32,000 nt of DNA, taken from the NCBI GenBank assembly GCA_000166095.1, contig CP002278.1:1110001-1142000 (forward strand). Direction: 5' to 3'. The translations under genes and the position numbers were made by a program. This document shows, piece after piece, positions 8,412-19,011 of this stretch (position 1 is the first letter of the stretch; every line of letters starts with the position of its first letter). Below the pieces are notes generated by a model, which ran no database searches, was not told the DNA's origin, and worked only from the letters and a program-made list of their open reading frames with translations. This DNA is from Methanothermus fervidus DSM 2088. Lineage in GTDB: Archaea > Methanobacteriota > Methanobacteria > DSM-2088 > Methanothermaceae.

Positions 8412-8867
8412 AAATTTTATTTCTTCTTCTTTTATTAATCTTTCACAATAATAACATCTAAGAGTTACTGGTTCTTTGTCAACAACGTAAAATTTTGTTT
8501 TTATTGGTTCATCAGCATTTGATATACAATTTGGGTTTGGACATTTAATTAGACCTTCTATTTCATCCCTCAATTGCACTTTTTCTTTTTTAACAACTTC
8601 ATAATCTCTTATAATATTTATCGTTGCTTTTGGAGCTATCAATGCTATTTGATCAACTTCTTCAGAATGTAATTCGCGATTTTCAATTTTTACAATGTCT
8701 TTTATTCCCATCCGAGATGATTCCATGTTTATTCCAATGGTTACTTTGTTTTTACCTTCTGGTATTTTAAGTATTTTAAGTACTTGTAATGCTCTACCGG
8801 CCGGTATGTGATCAATTACAGTGCCATTCTTTATTGGTTTTACTTTTAATTCCCTGATTTTTCTCAT
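8403..8867 (-). CDS. pyrI: Aspartate carbamoyltransferase regulatory subunit
   Basis: [33 protein letters not shown]..., C-terminal zinc cysteines CPNPNCISN...LRCYYCER. Track start is 8903, but the internal ATG at 8867 behind AGGGAAT fits the family. Confidence 0.95.
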   Translation of the reverse strand: MRKIRELKVKPIKNGTVIDHIPAGRALQVLKILKIPEGKNKVTIGINMESSRMGIKDIVKIENRELHSEEVDQIALIAPKATINIIRDYEVVKKEKVQLRDEIEGLIKCPNPNCISNADEPIKTKFYVVDKEPVTLRCYYCERLIKEEEIKFLF

Positions 8868-8883
8868 ATTAGATTCCCTGCCT

Positions 8884-10089
8884 CTATTTTTTGAGAAATG
8901 CATACTCTATATATTTTGCAAATACAGGTCTAGTTATAAATACTCCTATTAACACTCCTATGACTGTTGTGAATGCAAATCCGCTCAGCACTCCCACACC
9001 AGTATATCCTCTAGTAAGTCCTACATATGCTAGTGGAAACATTGCAGCTATAAAAGTTCCAGCTGAAGCAAATATTATGAAAAATGCATTTCTAATCCTA
9101 TGTCTCAATCCATACACTGATTTTGCTCCTAATTTTCCAATAACTTCATCTGTAATTATTATTTGATCATCCACCCCAGTACCTATTACAGCAAGGATAC
9201 CGGCAATTGCTGGTAAATCTATATTCCATCTTATCACAGAAGCTACTCCAAGAACTAATATGACTTCTGATAATGAGGTTAAAATTATTGGAAGTGCTAA
9301 TTTAATGTTCCTATACCTTATAGTTATGAAAATTGAAACCGCTATTATTGCCAATGCTCCAGCTATTACAGCGCCTTTTGAAAATTCTTTACCAAGTTCG
9401 GGTGATATATTATCTATACCTACTATTTTTACTTTTACAGGTAGTGTACCTGCCTTCAATATTGTTTCAACTTCTTTAGCTTCAGCTTCGGCATATTCTT
9501 TATTTGGAGCATATCCACTAACTTCAACCTCTGTAACAGGTTTTCCAGCAGCCACATCAGGAGATATTTCTGGAGATGTAATTAATCTATCATCTAAATA
9601 CATCTTAACTGGTTGTCCTGCTTTACCTTTGGCAATATCTGCAAATCTTTTGGCAGCATCTGGTGACAACCTGAATGGTACTTGCCATTTATTACCTGTT
9701 ACAATAGGTGGCTGTACACTTACAATGTCTGCACCAGTGAAAACAACTTCATTTCCTATCTTAGCTTCAAATTTTCCAGGGGTTCCAATTATCTTAGTAA
9801 CTTTTTCAGGTTGAACACCTGCAATTTCTACAAGTACATATTGATTCCCACTTGGCCGAACCTTAACATCCTTAATACCAAAAACATTCAACCTTTTATC
9901 AAGTATTGAAACAACAGTGTTCATAGTGTCCTTATCTACAGGCTTCTCTAGTTGTAATTGTACAAGAGATCCACCTTTGAGATCTAATCCCTGTTGGATT
10001 CCCAGGACTGTAATAGAAATTATACTTAATATTGTGAGGATTATCAAAAGTAAAACTCTTGGTTCTTTAATAAATTTTGTAAAATTCAT
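8884..10089 (-). CDS. secD: Protein-export membrane protein SecD
   Basis: [34 protein letters not shown], multiple TM helices. Start probably [10 protein letters not shown] (10089) rather than 10110. Confidence 0.93.
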   Translation of the reverse strand: MNFTKFIKEPRVLLLIILTILSIISITVLGIQQGLDLKGGSLVQLQLEKPVDKDTMNTVVSILDKRLNVFGIKDVKVRPSGNQYVLVEIAGVQPEKVTKIIGTPGKFEAKIGNEVVFTGADIVSVQPPIVTGNKWQVPFRLSPDAAKRFADIAKGKAGQPVKMYLDDRLITSPEISPDVAAGKPVTEVEVSGYAPNKEYAEAEAKEVETILKAGTLPVKVKIVGIDNISPELGKEFSKGAVIAGALAIIAVSIFITIRYRNIKLALPIILTSLSEVILVLGVASVIRWNIDLPAIAGILAVIGTGVDDQIIITDEVIGKLGAKSVYGLRHRIRNAFFIIFASAGTFIAAMFPLAYVGLTRGYTGVGVLSGFAFTTVIGVLIGVFITRPVFAKYIEYAFLKK

Positions 10090-10931
10090 CTTTTGGCCTC
10101 CAAATACCATCTAATTATTCCAAGATTCATAAACCAAGTACAAAGGATGTCAGCGAAAATTCCAATAATTAAAACAGCGGCTATATTGCTAAGTGTTTTA
10201 GCCTGTGGCATTATGACCATAGTCACTATGTAGAGGCATGCCATAGAAACTATTGCAGTTATGGACATAGTAATACCAGTCTTCATTGCATTTATAGCTC
10301 TTGATGTAATACTACCTCTTTTTCTTTTTAAAACTCTTGTAGTTAAAAGAATATCTGTATCTACACTATAACCAATTAACATCAAAATTGCACCTACAGA
10401 GGCAACAGAAAGTGGGATTCTAAGTATTGACATCCCACCCAGTGCTACTATAATGTCACAAACTGCAGCTAAAATAACTGCTATGGATGGGACCACATCT
10501 CTAAACGCTATAAATACAGCTATAGACATAAATAGAAATGCAAAAGCCAATGCCCAATATATTTGAGCCAATGCTTCTTTACTAAGTACTGGTCCTACTG
10601 ATCTACATCCTATAATTGTAGCTTTTCCTTTCAAATCTTCTGACAATTTTCCAACATCTATTTCTTTTCCAACTTCTACTGTAACCTTTGTTGGAGATGT
10701 AAACAATACAGTCACATCTGAAGTGTTAAGACTCTTAATAAATAGTGATTTCAATTCCAACTCATTCATAGGTTTCTCTAATTTTAATTCAACCATTGAT
10801 CCTCCTTTAATATCTATGCCTTTCTCAATCCCATTTACAGCAATAATAAAAATTGAAAGTAATGTAATTGTAACAGGGATTAATATTAGGAGTTTGTAAG
10901 ATTTCATTAATTTTTTAAACATTAATTTCAC
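10086..10931 (-). CDS. secF: Protein-export membrane protein SecF
   Basis: 281 aa; [57 protein letters not shown]; adjacent to secD. Confidence 0.93.
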   Translation of the reverse strand: MKLMFKKLMKSYKLLILIPVTITLLSIFIIAVNGIEKGIDIKGGSMVELKLEKPMNELELKSLFIKSLNTSDVTVLFTSPTKVTVEVGKEIDVGKLSEDLKGKATIIGCRSVGPVLSKEALAQIYWALAFAFLFMSIAVFIAFRDVVPSIAVILAAVCDIIVALGGMSILRIPLSVASVGAILMLIGYSVDTDILLTTRVLKRKRGSITSRAINAMKTGITMSITAIVSMACLYIVTMVIMPQAKTLSNIAAVLIIGIFADILCTWFMNLGIIRWYLEAKR

Positions 10932-11415
10932 CCAATTTTTTTATTGTTTCTTCCTTAATCTCTTCTTTATTTTTATCTCTAGTTTTTATACTAAATGCTC
11001 CAATAACTTTCCCATTTTTTGAATATATTTTCTCTTTCATTGTTTTGATTGCATTGTCACCGCCATGAGCTGCCATAGTGACAAAAATTACAACATTTTT
11101 GTTTGAAAAATCAGAATTATCGATAAATGTTAAAATAGCAGGCGCAGGATTTCTTGCCCACACTGGAGAACCAATATATATTACATCATACTTCTTTAAA
11201 TCTATAGATCTTGGGGTTATATCTGTTTTTTTCTTTAGTAGTGCATCTACTATAGCTAAAAAAATTCCAAAGAATCCTCGCCTATTTTTAAGATCCTCAA
11301 TTTTAACAAGTTCAGCTTTAGTTTCTTTAGCTATTGTTTTTGCCACAACTTCAGTATTTCCAGTTCTTGAATAATATATAACTATAGGATTTATTTTCAT
11401 CCTCAAACTCTCCAA
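10915..11415 (-). CDS. Flavodoxin
   Basis: IVIYYSRTGNTEVVAKTIAKE FMN-binding loop, YDVIYIGSPVWARNPAPAI, VIFVTMAAHGG. Confidence 0.9.
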   Translation of the reverse strand: MESLRMKINPIVIYYSRTGNTEVVAKTIAKETKAELVKIEDLKNRRGFFGIFLAIVDALLKKKTDITPRSIDLKKYDVIYIGSPVWARNPAPAILTFIDNSDFSNKNVVIFVTMAAHGGDNAIKTMKEKIYSKNGKVIGAFSIKTRDKNKEEIKEETIKKLGEINV

Positions 11416-12420
11416 TTATGGATGTAAACCAAGATTGTCAAGACCTTCAGTCTCATCAAATCCTAGCATTAGATTCATATTTTGTATCGCCTGACCTGAG
11501 GCACCTTTAACAAGATTATCTATTACAGAAATTACTACTAATCTATTATTTTTATCTATACCAAAGCCACCAATATGACAATAATTTGATCCTCTTACTG
11601 CACTAGGTTCGGGAGTCTCGTCTATAACTATCACAAATGGTTCATTGGAATAATATTCCTTATAAATTTTTTCAATTTTTTCAACATCAATATTTTCTTC
11701 TAAAAAAGCATGTACGGTAGTTAATATTCCACGTATGATAGGTATAAGATGTGGTGTAAAAGATACTTGTACATCTGAAATTTTCTTCAATTCTTGTTCT
11801 ATTTCAGGTGTATGTCTATGTGTTGTAATTTGATATGGAATTATATTATCACTGCACTCTGGAAAATGTGTCATATGGCTTGGATTAATACCTGCGCCGC
11901 TTACACCTGTTTTAGAATCTATAACTATCATTTTGGTTAAATTTTTATGGACTAAAGGCAAACATGCAAGTATAGCTCCAGTAGGAAAACATCCTGGATT
12001 AGCAACCAAATCTGCCTTTTTTATTTCATCTCTATATAATTCAGGTAATCCATAGACAGCGTCCAGAGGGTGTTCATGTTTTATACCATACCATTTTTCA
12101 TATACTTCAACATTGTCAAACCTATAATCTCCACTTAGATCTATTACCCTTATTCCTCTCTCTAATATCTTGGGAACAATTTTCATTGATGCACCATGAG
12201 GAGTTGCAGTGAAAACTAAGTCAGCGTCAATATCTTCAGGATCAATGTTTTTAAATTTTAATCCTGTGTTTTGTAAGTGTGGATGGATTTTGTGGATAGG
12301 AACTCCATCATGCTTTCTTGATGCAGCAGCAACTATTTCGATATTAGGATGTTTTATAAGAAATCTAAGTAATTCGCCACCAGTGTATCCACTAGCACCA
12401 ACAATAGCTACTTCAGCCAT
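11416..12420 (-). CDS. argC: N-acetyl-gamma-glutamyl-phosphate reductase
   Basis: 334 aa; [66 protein letters not shown]. Confidence 0.96.
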   Translation of the reverse strand: MAEVAIVGASGYTGGELLRFLIKHPNIEIVAAASRKHDGVPIHKIHPHLQNTGLKFKNIDPEDIDADLVFTATPHGASMKIVPKILERGIRVIDLSGDYRFDNVEVYEKWYGIKHEHPLDAVYGLPELYRDEIKKADLVANPGCFPTGAILACLPLVHKNLTKMIVIDSKTGVSGAGINPSHMTHFPECSDNIIPYQITTHRHTPEIEQELKKISDVQVSFTPHLIPIIRGILTTVHAFLEENIDVEKIEKIYKEYYSNEPFVIVIDETPEPSAVRGSNYCHIGGFGIDKNNRLVVISVIDNLVKGASGQAIQNMNLMLGFDETEGLDNLGLHP

Positions 12421-12433
12421 TCAGATCACCATA

Positions 12434-12871
12434 CTAACATTTTTCAATATCATCGAATTTCATCTGTTTAATCTTTTTAATAATTTTACAAGTGCTATCA
12501 AGTGGTGACTTCTTATATTCTTTAATTCTAACAACTTTACAATCAATATTCCTTTTTTTTAATTCTTTTTGGAGTTCTTTTTCATCAAAATCTTGATCAG
12601 GGCCCAAAGCAATTATATCAGGTTTTATTTTTTCTACGGTTTTGAAAATATCACCTTCACATCCTAAATATGCTTCATCTACAGGTTTTAACATTTTAAC
12701 AACTTCTAATCTTTGTTTTTCATTTATTACAGGTTTTCTTTTTCTTGCTCTAACTGTTGAATCTCTTGCAACTATAACCACAAGTTTTGAATTTTTACCA
12801 CCTAATTCTTTTGCTTTTTTTAAATAAAAACCATGCCCTGGATGTATTATATCAAAAGTGCCTGTGGCCAT
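12434..12871 (-). CDS. ribL: FAD synthase (archaeal RibL-type nucleotidyltransferase)
   Basis: [23 protein letters not shown] (HxGH), [13 protein letters not shown]. Possible upstream noncanonical start (see findings). Confidence 0.9.
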   Translation of the reverse strand: MATGTFDIIHPGHGFYLKKAKELGGKNSKLVVIVARDSTVRARKRKPVINEKQRLEVVKMLKPVDEAYLGCEGDIFKTVEKIKPDIIALGPDQDFDEKELQKELKKRNIDCKVVRIKEYKKSPLDSTCKIIKKIKQMKFDDIEKC

Positions 12872-12873
12872 TA

Positions 12874-13587
12874 CTATTTTTCGTATTCTAGAACCTCCTT
12901 TAAGTTTATTTTACCTTTATATAGTGCAGAACCAATTACAACGCCATAAACACCAATATTTTTTAATTTTTTAATATCTTCTATTGAGCTAACTCCTCCT
13001 GAATATACTATTGGAATATTTACAGATTTAACCAATTTTTTAACGATTTTTGTTTCTATACCACTCATCAAACCTTCTACATCTACATTTGTATATAGTA
13101 TACTTCCAACACCTATTTTTTGGAATAATTTGGCAAGTTCTATTGGATTTTTGGTTGTGGTTTTGGTCCAACCTTCAACAACGACTTTAGAGCTTTTACT
13201 GTCTAGAGCCACCATTATTCTTTCACTACCATAAATATTTACAAGTTTTTCCACAATTTTAGGTTTTTTAATGGCTATAGTTCCTAATATTATTCTTTTT
13301 ATTCCCAAATTCAATAATTTTTCGGCATATTTTTTTGTTCTAATACCACCACCAAATTGAATTGGAATGGAAACTGTGTTCAATATTTTTTTCACAATTT
13401 TTAAATTATTTCCAGTTCCAAATGCTCCATCTAAATCTACAATATGTAACAATTTTGCACCTTTCTTTTCCCACATTTTAGATACATACACCGGATCGTC
13501 TATTACCACTTGTTCACTTCCAGGTTTCCCTTGTACCAACTGTACACACTTTCCTTCTTTAATATCTATTGCAGGGATTATTATCAT
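12874..13587 (-). CDS. hisA: Phosphoribosylformimino-5-aminoimidazole carboxamide ribotide isomerase
   Basis: [55 protein letters not shown]. Track extends to 13647, but GGAGGTAACTCA-ATG at 13587 is the natural start. Confidence 0.95.
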   Translation of the reverse strand: MIIIPAIDIKEGKCVQLVQGKPGSEQVVIDDPVYVSKMWEKKGAKLLHIVDLDGAFGTGNNLKIVKKILNTVSIPIQFGGGIRTKKYAEKLLNLGIKRIILGTIAIKKPKIVEKLVNIYGSERIMVALDSKSSKVVVEGWTKTTTKNPIELAKLFQKIGVGSILYTNVDVEGLMSGIETKIVKKLVKSVNIPIVYSGGVSSIEDIKKLKNIGVYGVVIGSALYKGKINLKEVLEYEK

Positions 13588-13599
13588 TGAGTTACCTCC

Positions 13600-13971
13600 T
13601 GTGGAACTTCCAGCTTCATCAAAAAAGTATAATCCTAAGTAGAGCATTTTTCTAAATAAGCAGTCAGAGCTACTCCACTCCTCAACAATACTCTACATAT
13701 AGACTATGTTAGAAAAATAATTATAAACATTCCTACAAATCTCTAAACTTTCCAATAGCTTATTTTTTGTTTTTCACGGGATAAGTCTGGATTTATATGC
13801 TATGACATAAAGAAAAGTAATGGATTTATATATAGTTTTCTTAATTTCTAGAGCATTTTTGGAGAGAGAAAGAGGAAGTAAAAGAAGAGTTGTGTATATT
13901 TTTTAGAACAAGTGCTAATTTTGTGCTTCATCTATATAAATACTTTTCTTATTTCTCTCAATCCCTGATAG
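13600..13971 (-). pseudogene. TnpB relic, repeat copy C, abutting the hisA start
   Basis: Minus strand 13800-13708 reads (frameshifted) AYKSRL..., LLESLEICRNVYNYF, TnpB N-terminus. Minus strand near 13630-13600 TTGATGAAGCTGGAAGTTCCACAGGAGG parallels copy A CTATGAAGCAGGAAGCTCCGTAGGGAG. Ends in the same AATCCCTGATAG/CATCCCTGATAG as copy A. Confidence 0.7.
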
Positions 13972-14139
13972 AGTGGAAATCTGTTTTCTCCTATCAAGTT
14001 TTTTGGTTTCCACAAAAGCTCCATTAAAATTCAACCAAAATGCTTTAAGATCCTGATAACTTTTCACACACTTACGTATCTTCCATATATTATGAATGTT
14101 TAACATTATCTTACAAGAAATCTTTTTTGGAGGTAAGTT

Positions 14140-14925
14140 ATGCATACACCTAAAGTATTGAAAATAGATGAAGTGATAAGGGAATCTAAAGACGTAAAAA
14201 CCTTTATTTTTAAATGGAATGGAAAAATGCCACAACCTGGGCAGTTTATGATGGTATGGAATTTTAAAGATGAAAAACCTATGTCTGTTTCTTTCATAGA
14301 CCATGTGGAGAGAAAAATAGGTATTTCAATAAAAAAAGTAGGAGAATTTACATCTGAAGTACATAAATTAACTCCAGGCGACATGCTTGGCTTGAGAGGA
14401 CCATATGGCCGCAGTTTCAAAATAATCGGTGAAAAAATACTTGCAATCGGTGGCGGAATTGGAATGGCACCGATTGTACCTTTAATTGAAGAAGCAAGAA
14501 AAAGAGATGTCAAGGTAGATGCTGTTGTGGCTGCAAAAACTAAAGATGAATTATTATTTTTAAAAAGAATTAAAAAATCTGGTGCAAAAATATTTCCATG
14601 TACTGAAGATGGTAGTTATGGATTTAAAGGTTTAGTAACAGAATTTATTTCTAATAAACTCAATGAAAATCAATATGATATGGCTGTTGTATGTGGTCCT
14701 GAATTAATGATGAAAAAATTATTTGAAATATTAGATATTCCCACACAATTTTCATTGGAAAGATATATGAAGTGTGGCTGTGGAATTTGTGGCCAATGTT
14801 GTGTTGATAAAACTGGTTGGAGAGTATGTGTTGAAGGCCCTGTTTTTTGGGATTATGAGTTAAAAATGATAGAAGAATTTGGAGTCTACAAAAGAAATTC
14901 TAAAGGAATTCCAAAAAAATTTTGA
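14140..14925 (+). CDS. pyrK: Dihydroorotate dehydrogenase electron transfer subunit (PyrK-type)
   Basis: 261 aa; PQPGQFMMVW, MSVSFID, GGGIGMAPIVPLIEEA, VVCGPELMMKKL, CGCGICGQCCVDKTGWRVCVEGPVF [2Fe-2S] cysteines; GGAGGT RBS. Confidence 0.93.
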   Translation: MHTPKVLKIDEVIRESKDVKTFIFKWNGKMPQPGQFMMVWNFKDEKPMSVSFIDHVERKIGISIKKVGEFTSEVHKLTPGDMLGLRGPYGRSFKIIGEKILAIGGGIGMAPIVPLIEEARKRDVKVDAVVAAKTKDELLFLKRIKKSGAKIFPCTEDGSYGFKGLVTEFISNKLNENQYDMAVVCGPELMMKKLFEILDIPTQFSLERYMKCGCGICGQCCVDKTGWRVCVEGPVFWDYELKMIEEFGVYKRNSKGIPKKF

Positions 14926-14946
14926 TAAAAATGCGGAGGATTGATT

Positions 14947-15924
14947 GTGAAGGCTGATTTGGGTAAAGTAATGACATCGGTCCCATTTTTAACTATAATT
15001 CTAGTTATCTTATCATTCATTGTACTTTATCCTTTATTCACGACTTTAATTTTAAGCGCTGTTTTTGCTTATGGAACAAATTTGATTTCAAAAAAATTTG
15101 AGAAAAAGGTTAAATATAAATCACTCTCCATAACGATTGGAATGATAACTATAGTTTTGCCAATATTATTTGTTTTATTATTTCTTTTTTATTCGCTTCT
15201 AAATGCTTTACCTTCTCTTATTAAAGTTGTAAATGTTCACAGCATAATGAAATACATACCATTTAAAGTACCTACAGATATAATAACAGATTTAACCCAT
15301 AGGGTTGTAGAATTTGTATTTGTTTATCTATTAGAGCTGGTACGTTCCCTACCAACTTTGTCAATACATCTACTTGTGTTTATTATGTCAACATTTTATT
15401 TGGCACGAGATGGAACAAAATTGATACAATATATACGTTCAATATTACCTAAAAATAAAGTAAAACTCTTCAATAAAATGCTTAGAGAAATTGAAGTTAC
15501 CATAAGAGCAATATTTTATGGACATTTTCTTGCCGCATTAATAGTAGGTATATTTGCTACTATGGCATATTATATACTTGGATATCCATTTCCTGCTATT
15601 CTAGGCGTTATAACAATGTTTACAACAGTTATACCAGTTATAGGACCTTGGCCTGTCTATCTTTCTCTTGGAATATATGATATAATTCATGGCAATGTTA
15701 TTAGAGGGGTTGCAATAATAGTTTTTGGGAAAAGTTTAGGATTTTTAGATGTTTATTTGAGGACAGAATTAGGAGGTAAGTATGCAGAGATTCATCCGAT
15801 GTTATTTTTAGTAGGTTTTATTGGTGGCCCAATGATTTGGGGGATAGCAGGATTTATTTTAGGTCCATTAATTCTCTGTACAACTCACACTATCATAAAG
15901 ACATATAAATCTATTGAAACATGA
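14947..15924 (+). CDS. AI-2E family (PerM-type) transporter/permease
   Basis: About 325 aa multi-TM; VTTVIPVIGPWPVYLSLGIYDIIHGNVIRG, GFIGGPMIWGIAGFILGPLIL. GTG at 14947 has a proper GGAGGA spacing; the track TTG at 14941 abuts the SD. Confidence 0.88.
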   Translation: MKADLGKVMTSVPFLTIILVILSFIVLYPLFTTLILSAVFAYGTNLISKKFEKKVKYKSLSITIGMITIVLPILFVLLFLFYSLLNALPSLIKVVNVHSIMKYIPFKVPTDIITDLTHRVVEFVFVYLLELVRSLPTLSIHLLVFIMSTFYLARDGTKLIQYIRSILPKNKVKLFNKMLREIEVTIRAIFYGHFLAALIVGIFATMAYYILGYPFPAILGVITMFTTVIPVIGPWPVYLSLGIYDIIHGNVIRGVAIIVFGKSLGFLDVYLRTELGGKYAEIHPMLFLVGFIGGPMIWGIAGFILGPLILCTTHTIIKTYKSIET

Positions 15925-16804
15925 GAGGTTCTTTTAATCTCCAAAATCTACAAAATGCACATCTTTTGCCTTGTGAAGGCATTCTACATATTTCACATTC
16001 TCTTAATTCAAAGTCTTTTTTCTTAAAGATTTTTCTATTTCTTAAAAATCCACGAATAAAATTTAACTTTATTCCTGGATTATCTTTTTCCAAAATATCT
16101 AAAAATTTTTTGTATTTGATTGATGTAGCTCCTCTTGCATATTTACATTTTTTAGTTACATGCTCAATTTTAGCAAAAGATGCATATAATGATATTTCCT
16201 TATCACGTAACTCATACAGAGGCTTAATTTTTTTAACAAACTTATCTTCTGCTTCAAGTAATGGGCCTTGTTTTGATAGATAATCAATATTCCAATGTAA
16301 AATATTTGAAAAAACAAAGGCACTTTCATCATCTAAGTTATGTCCAGTAGCTACAGCAGTAAATCCATTATCATATGCAAATTTATTCATAATATATCTC
16401 TTTGTTAGACCACAATATGAACAAACAGGTCTCCTTGTTTTTACTTCACCAATACCTCTTCCAAGCAATTTTTTTATTTTTACAATATGTAATGGTAAAC
16501 CAATTTCACTAAATATTTTCTTGGAGGATTTTTTACACATTTCGGAATAATCCTCTATTCCTAAATCTATATGTAGACCTTCAAATTCATATCCCAGTTT
16601 GTTTAGTATGTATGCTAACACTAAGGAATCTTTACCACCACTAACTGCAACTAACAATTTTTCATCCTTTTCTATTAATCTATGTTTATCTATTACATTT
16701 TTAACTCTATTTTCACAATATTCTTTGAAATGATTTTCACAAAGATGCATACGTGGATATCTTATAGTTACTTCAGCTTCTTTGTTACAAAATTTACACT
16801 TCAT
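15911..16804 (-). CDS. TtuA/Ncs6-family tRNA 2-thiolation-like ATPase (PP-loop, TIGR00269 type)
   Basis: N-terminal CKFCNKEAEV zinc motif, PP-loop VAVSGGKDSLVL, RRPVCSYCGLTKRYIMNKFA, C-terminal CEICRMPSQGKRCAFCRF. Confidence 0.88.
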   Translation of the reverse strand: MKCKFCNKEAEVTIRYPRMHLCENHFKEYCENRVKNVIDKHRLIEKDEKLLVAVSGGKDSLVLAYILNKLGYEFEGLHIDLGIEDYSEMCKKSSKKIFSEIGLPLHIVKIKKLLGRGIGEVKTRRPVCSYCGLTKRYIMNKFAYDNGFTAVATGHNLDDESAFVFSNILHWNIDYLSKQGPLLEAEDKFVKKIKPLYELRDKEISLYASFAKIEHVTKKCKYARGATSIKYKKFLDILEKDNPGIKLNFIRGFLRNRKIFKKKDFELRECEICRMPSQGKRCAFCRFWRLKEPLMFQ

Positions 16805-17951
16805 TTAATTCCTTCCCAATTTTTTCAATGATAATTTTTGCTAATTTACTTTTCTCCATCAGTGGAAATTCCTCTATATCCTTATTTATTATTGTTGCTT
16901 CAATTTTTGATGATCCAAATCCATTTTTTGAAACGTCATTGGCAACAACCATGTCTGCATTGGATTCTCTTTTTAATTTTTTCGCTGAATTTATCAATTC
17001 TTCTTTTGTAACATTGTATTCAGCTTTAAAACCAACAAGATAAATATTTGGATTTATTTTTTTTACTTCATTTATTACTTTGGGATTTGGTATGAGTTTT
17101 AATTCAATAGGTTTTGAAGATGAGATTTTCTTCTCATAATATTTATAAGGTTTAAAATCAGATATTGCTCCAACAGAGATAAATACATCGTAATCTCTTA
17201 CAATATCCTTTATCTTATCTAACATCTCCTCTGTTGACAATGCTTTAATTTTATTTATAGATTTGGGTATTATTTCTTCAACTCTTCCAATCAATAAGGT
17301 TACATCTGCACCTTGTATAAAAGCTTCCTTAGCAAGCTCTACACCCATCTTTCCAGAGCTTAAATTAGATATACCACGTATGGGATCTATAGGTTCATAA
17401 GTACCTCCAGCTGTTATAAGTACTCTTTTACCCTCTAGAATTCTTGGTGATATTTTTCTAAATACATTCAAAACAATATCTTCAATATCTGGGAATTTTG
17501 CTTTCCCATCCTCAATTTTTGGATCTACAAAAGTTACATTTTCATATTTTTTATCAATTTCTTCTATTTTGTCTTTTATTGCCTTATACATATGTTCATT
17601 CATCGCTGGAACAAAAATTATAGGTGTATTAGCACCACAAGCAGCTAATAATAATGTATTAATGGGATTATCAGCTATCTTACATGCAAATTTAGATATA
17701 ATATTTGCAGTAGCAGGGGCAACAACTATAGCCTCTGCTTCAGCATACTTAACATGTTCTACCTTACCTGTTAGCTCAAGTACAACCTTCTTTTTGGTTG
17801 CAAATTCCATTGCATAAGGATGTATAATTTTGCATGCATCGTCGCTCATAAAGCACTTAACATCAAAACCTCGCCTTTTCAGCTCCCTAGCTAATTTAAC
17901 AGATTCTATTGCAGCTATACTTCCAGTAACACACAAAACTATCATGCTCAT
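16794..17951 (-). CDS. coaBC: Bifunctional phosphopantothenoylcysteine decarboxylase / phosphopantothenate-cysteine ligase
   Basis: 385 aa; LCVTGSIAAIESVKLARELKRRG, PANTLLLA, PAMNEHM, ITAGGTYEPIDPIRGISNLSSGKMG, MVVANDVSKNGFGS. Confidence 0.95.
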   Translation of the reverse strand: MSMIVLCVTGSIAAIESVKLARELKRRGFDVKCFMSDDACKIIHPYAMEFATKKKVVLELTGKVEHVKYAEAEAIVVAPATANIISKFACKIADNPINTLLLAACGANTPIIFVPAMNEHMYKAIKDKIEEIDKKYENVTFVDPKIEDGKAKFPDIEDIVLNVFRKISPRILEGKRVLITAGGTYEPIDPIRGISNLSSGKMGVELAKEAFIQGADVTLLIGRVEEIIPKSINKIKALSTEEMLDKIKDIVRDYDVFISVGAISDFKPYKYYEKKISSSKPIELKLIPNPKVINEVKKINPNIYLVGFKAEYNVTKEELINSAKKLKRESNADMVVANDVSKNGFGSSKIEATIINKDIEEFPLMEKSKLAKIIIEKIGKELNEV

Positions 17952-18445
17952 GCTTCATCAACAACTATTGTAGTTTTTTTACCAGTTAATTTTTGTATTA
18001 TTTCATTTAAATTATTTAGATCTCCCGGAATCCTAGAGCTATCTTCTTTTGCAACCCTTATTTTAAATTTTTTCTTTCCATCAACAGTGTAAACAATATT
18101 TATGCCAGAAATTGTTGCAGGAGCTAAAACATCCTCTGCTACAGATCTTAAATCTTTATTTTCACCAACAACTCTAACCTTTTTTCCAATAGCTCTTGCT
18201 ATTCTTTTAACGATTTTACCACCTTTACCAATTAATTTTCCAACTTCATCTTTTTTTGTAATTATGACTACTACATCTCCCATGTCTATTGCTTTTTTAA
18301 ATCCAATTTTTCCTTTGCCGATCCTATAGAGTATCTTTGATATTTCATACTCTAGTTTGCTCACCTCTCCTTTCCTAAGTTTTTCTTCACAACCTTGACA
18401 CAAAATCCCACTTTTCAAACATACATCACATATTGGTAATCCCAT
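17948..18445 (-). CDS. NusA-like KH-domain protein with N-terminal Cys motif
   Basis: CDVCLKSGILCQGCEEKL plus KH motif DEVGKLIGKGGKIVKRIARAIGKKVRVV. Confidence 0.85.
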   Translation of the reverse strand: MGLPICDVCLKSGILCQGCEEKLRKGEVSKLEYEISKILYRIGKGKIGFKKAIDMGDVVVIITKKDEVGKLIGKGGKIVKRIARAIGKKVRVVGENKDLRSVAEDVLAPATISGINIVYTVDGKKKFKIRVAKEDSSRIPGDLNNLNEIIQKLTGKKTTIVVDEA

Positions 18446-18484
18446 TATATAATCACCTCCTATAATTTTTCAAATTTAAGAAAT

Positions 18485-19000
18485 CTAAGAGATTTTAAAT
18501 GTACTAATAACAATGTCAAAATTTAGTTTTTCTTCTTTAAATTTATTTGGAGGGGCTGTACACAAAACTATATAAGCTTCGTCTCCATGAGGTATCCATA
18601 CGGCTCTCTGGATTTTTTCTTGTCCGTCACTGACCAGGTATATGCATTCTATTGCCTGATAGCCGTTGAAAGTTACGTTACTCTCTGATATTTTTTGATA
18701 CCTCGGATCACTGAAAAGTGCTGTGTAAGTCTCCTGATAAGTATCGTATAAACTCTTATTTAATTTCTTTTTTTGTATAACAACTGATACGGTTGCAAAG
18801 CCAGAACTATTCACAGATTTTGGATCTGCAACTGCACATATGACATCAGGATTTTTTGGCGTTGCAACTACCCAATCTTTTGGATATTCAAAAGATATAT
18901 TATCTTTTGAAAAGACATTTCTATCTGTGTTTAATGTATATGCATAACCAAGTATAAAGACAATGGAAAGTAGTAATATGAATAATACAATTTTTCTCAA
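18485..19000 (-). CDS. Exported/membrane-anchored protein with PsbP-like fold (putative)
   Basis: N-terminal TM/signal MRKIVLFILLLSIVFILGYAYT, then FSKDNISFEYPKDWVVATP, typical of PsbP-like archaeal proteins. Confidence 0.6.
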   Translation of the reverse strand: MRKIVLFILLLSIVFILGYAYTLNTDRNVFSKDNISFEYPKDWVVATPKNPDVICAVADPKSVNSSGFATVSVVIQKKKLNKSLYDTYQETYTALFSDPRYQKISESNVTFNGYQAIECIYLVSDGQEKIQRAVWIPHGDEAYIVLCTAPPNKFKEEKLNFDIVISTFKIS

Positions 19001-19011
19001 CTGTTTCCCTC

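Noticed and set aside
1371-13971. Repeats A/B/C as CRISPR or a riboswitch-like regulatory RNA family
   Set aside because: Only three copies, about 6 kb apart, 350-500 nt long, with conceptual TnpB peptides in correct order. No short regularly spaced repeats exist, so a decayed transposon family explains them better.
13915-14304. 129-aa minus-strand ORF overlapping pyrK and relic C
   Set aside because: Antisense to the pyrK 5' end and its leader; composition not coding-like. I could not link KIMLNIHNIWKIRKCVKSYQDLKAFWLNFNG to any family.
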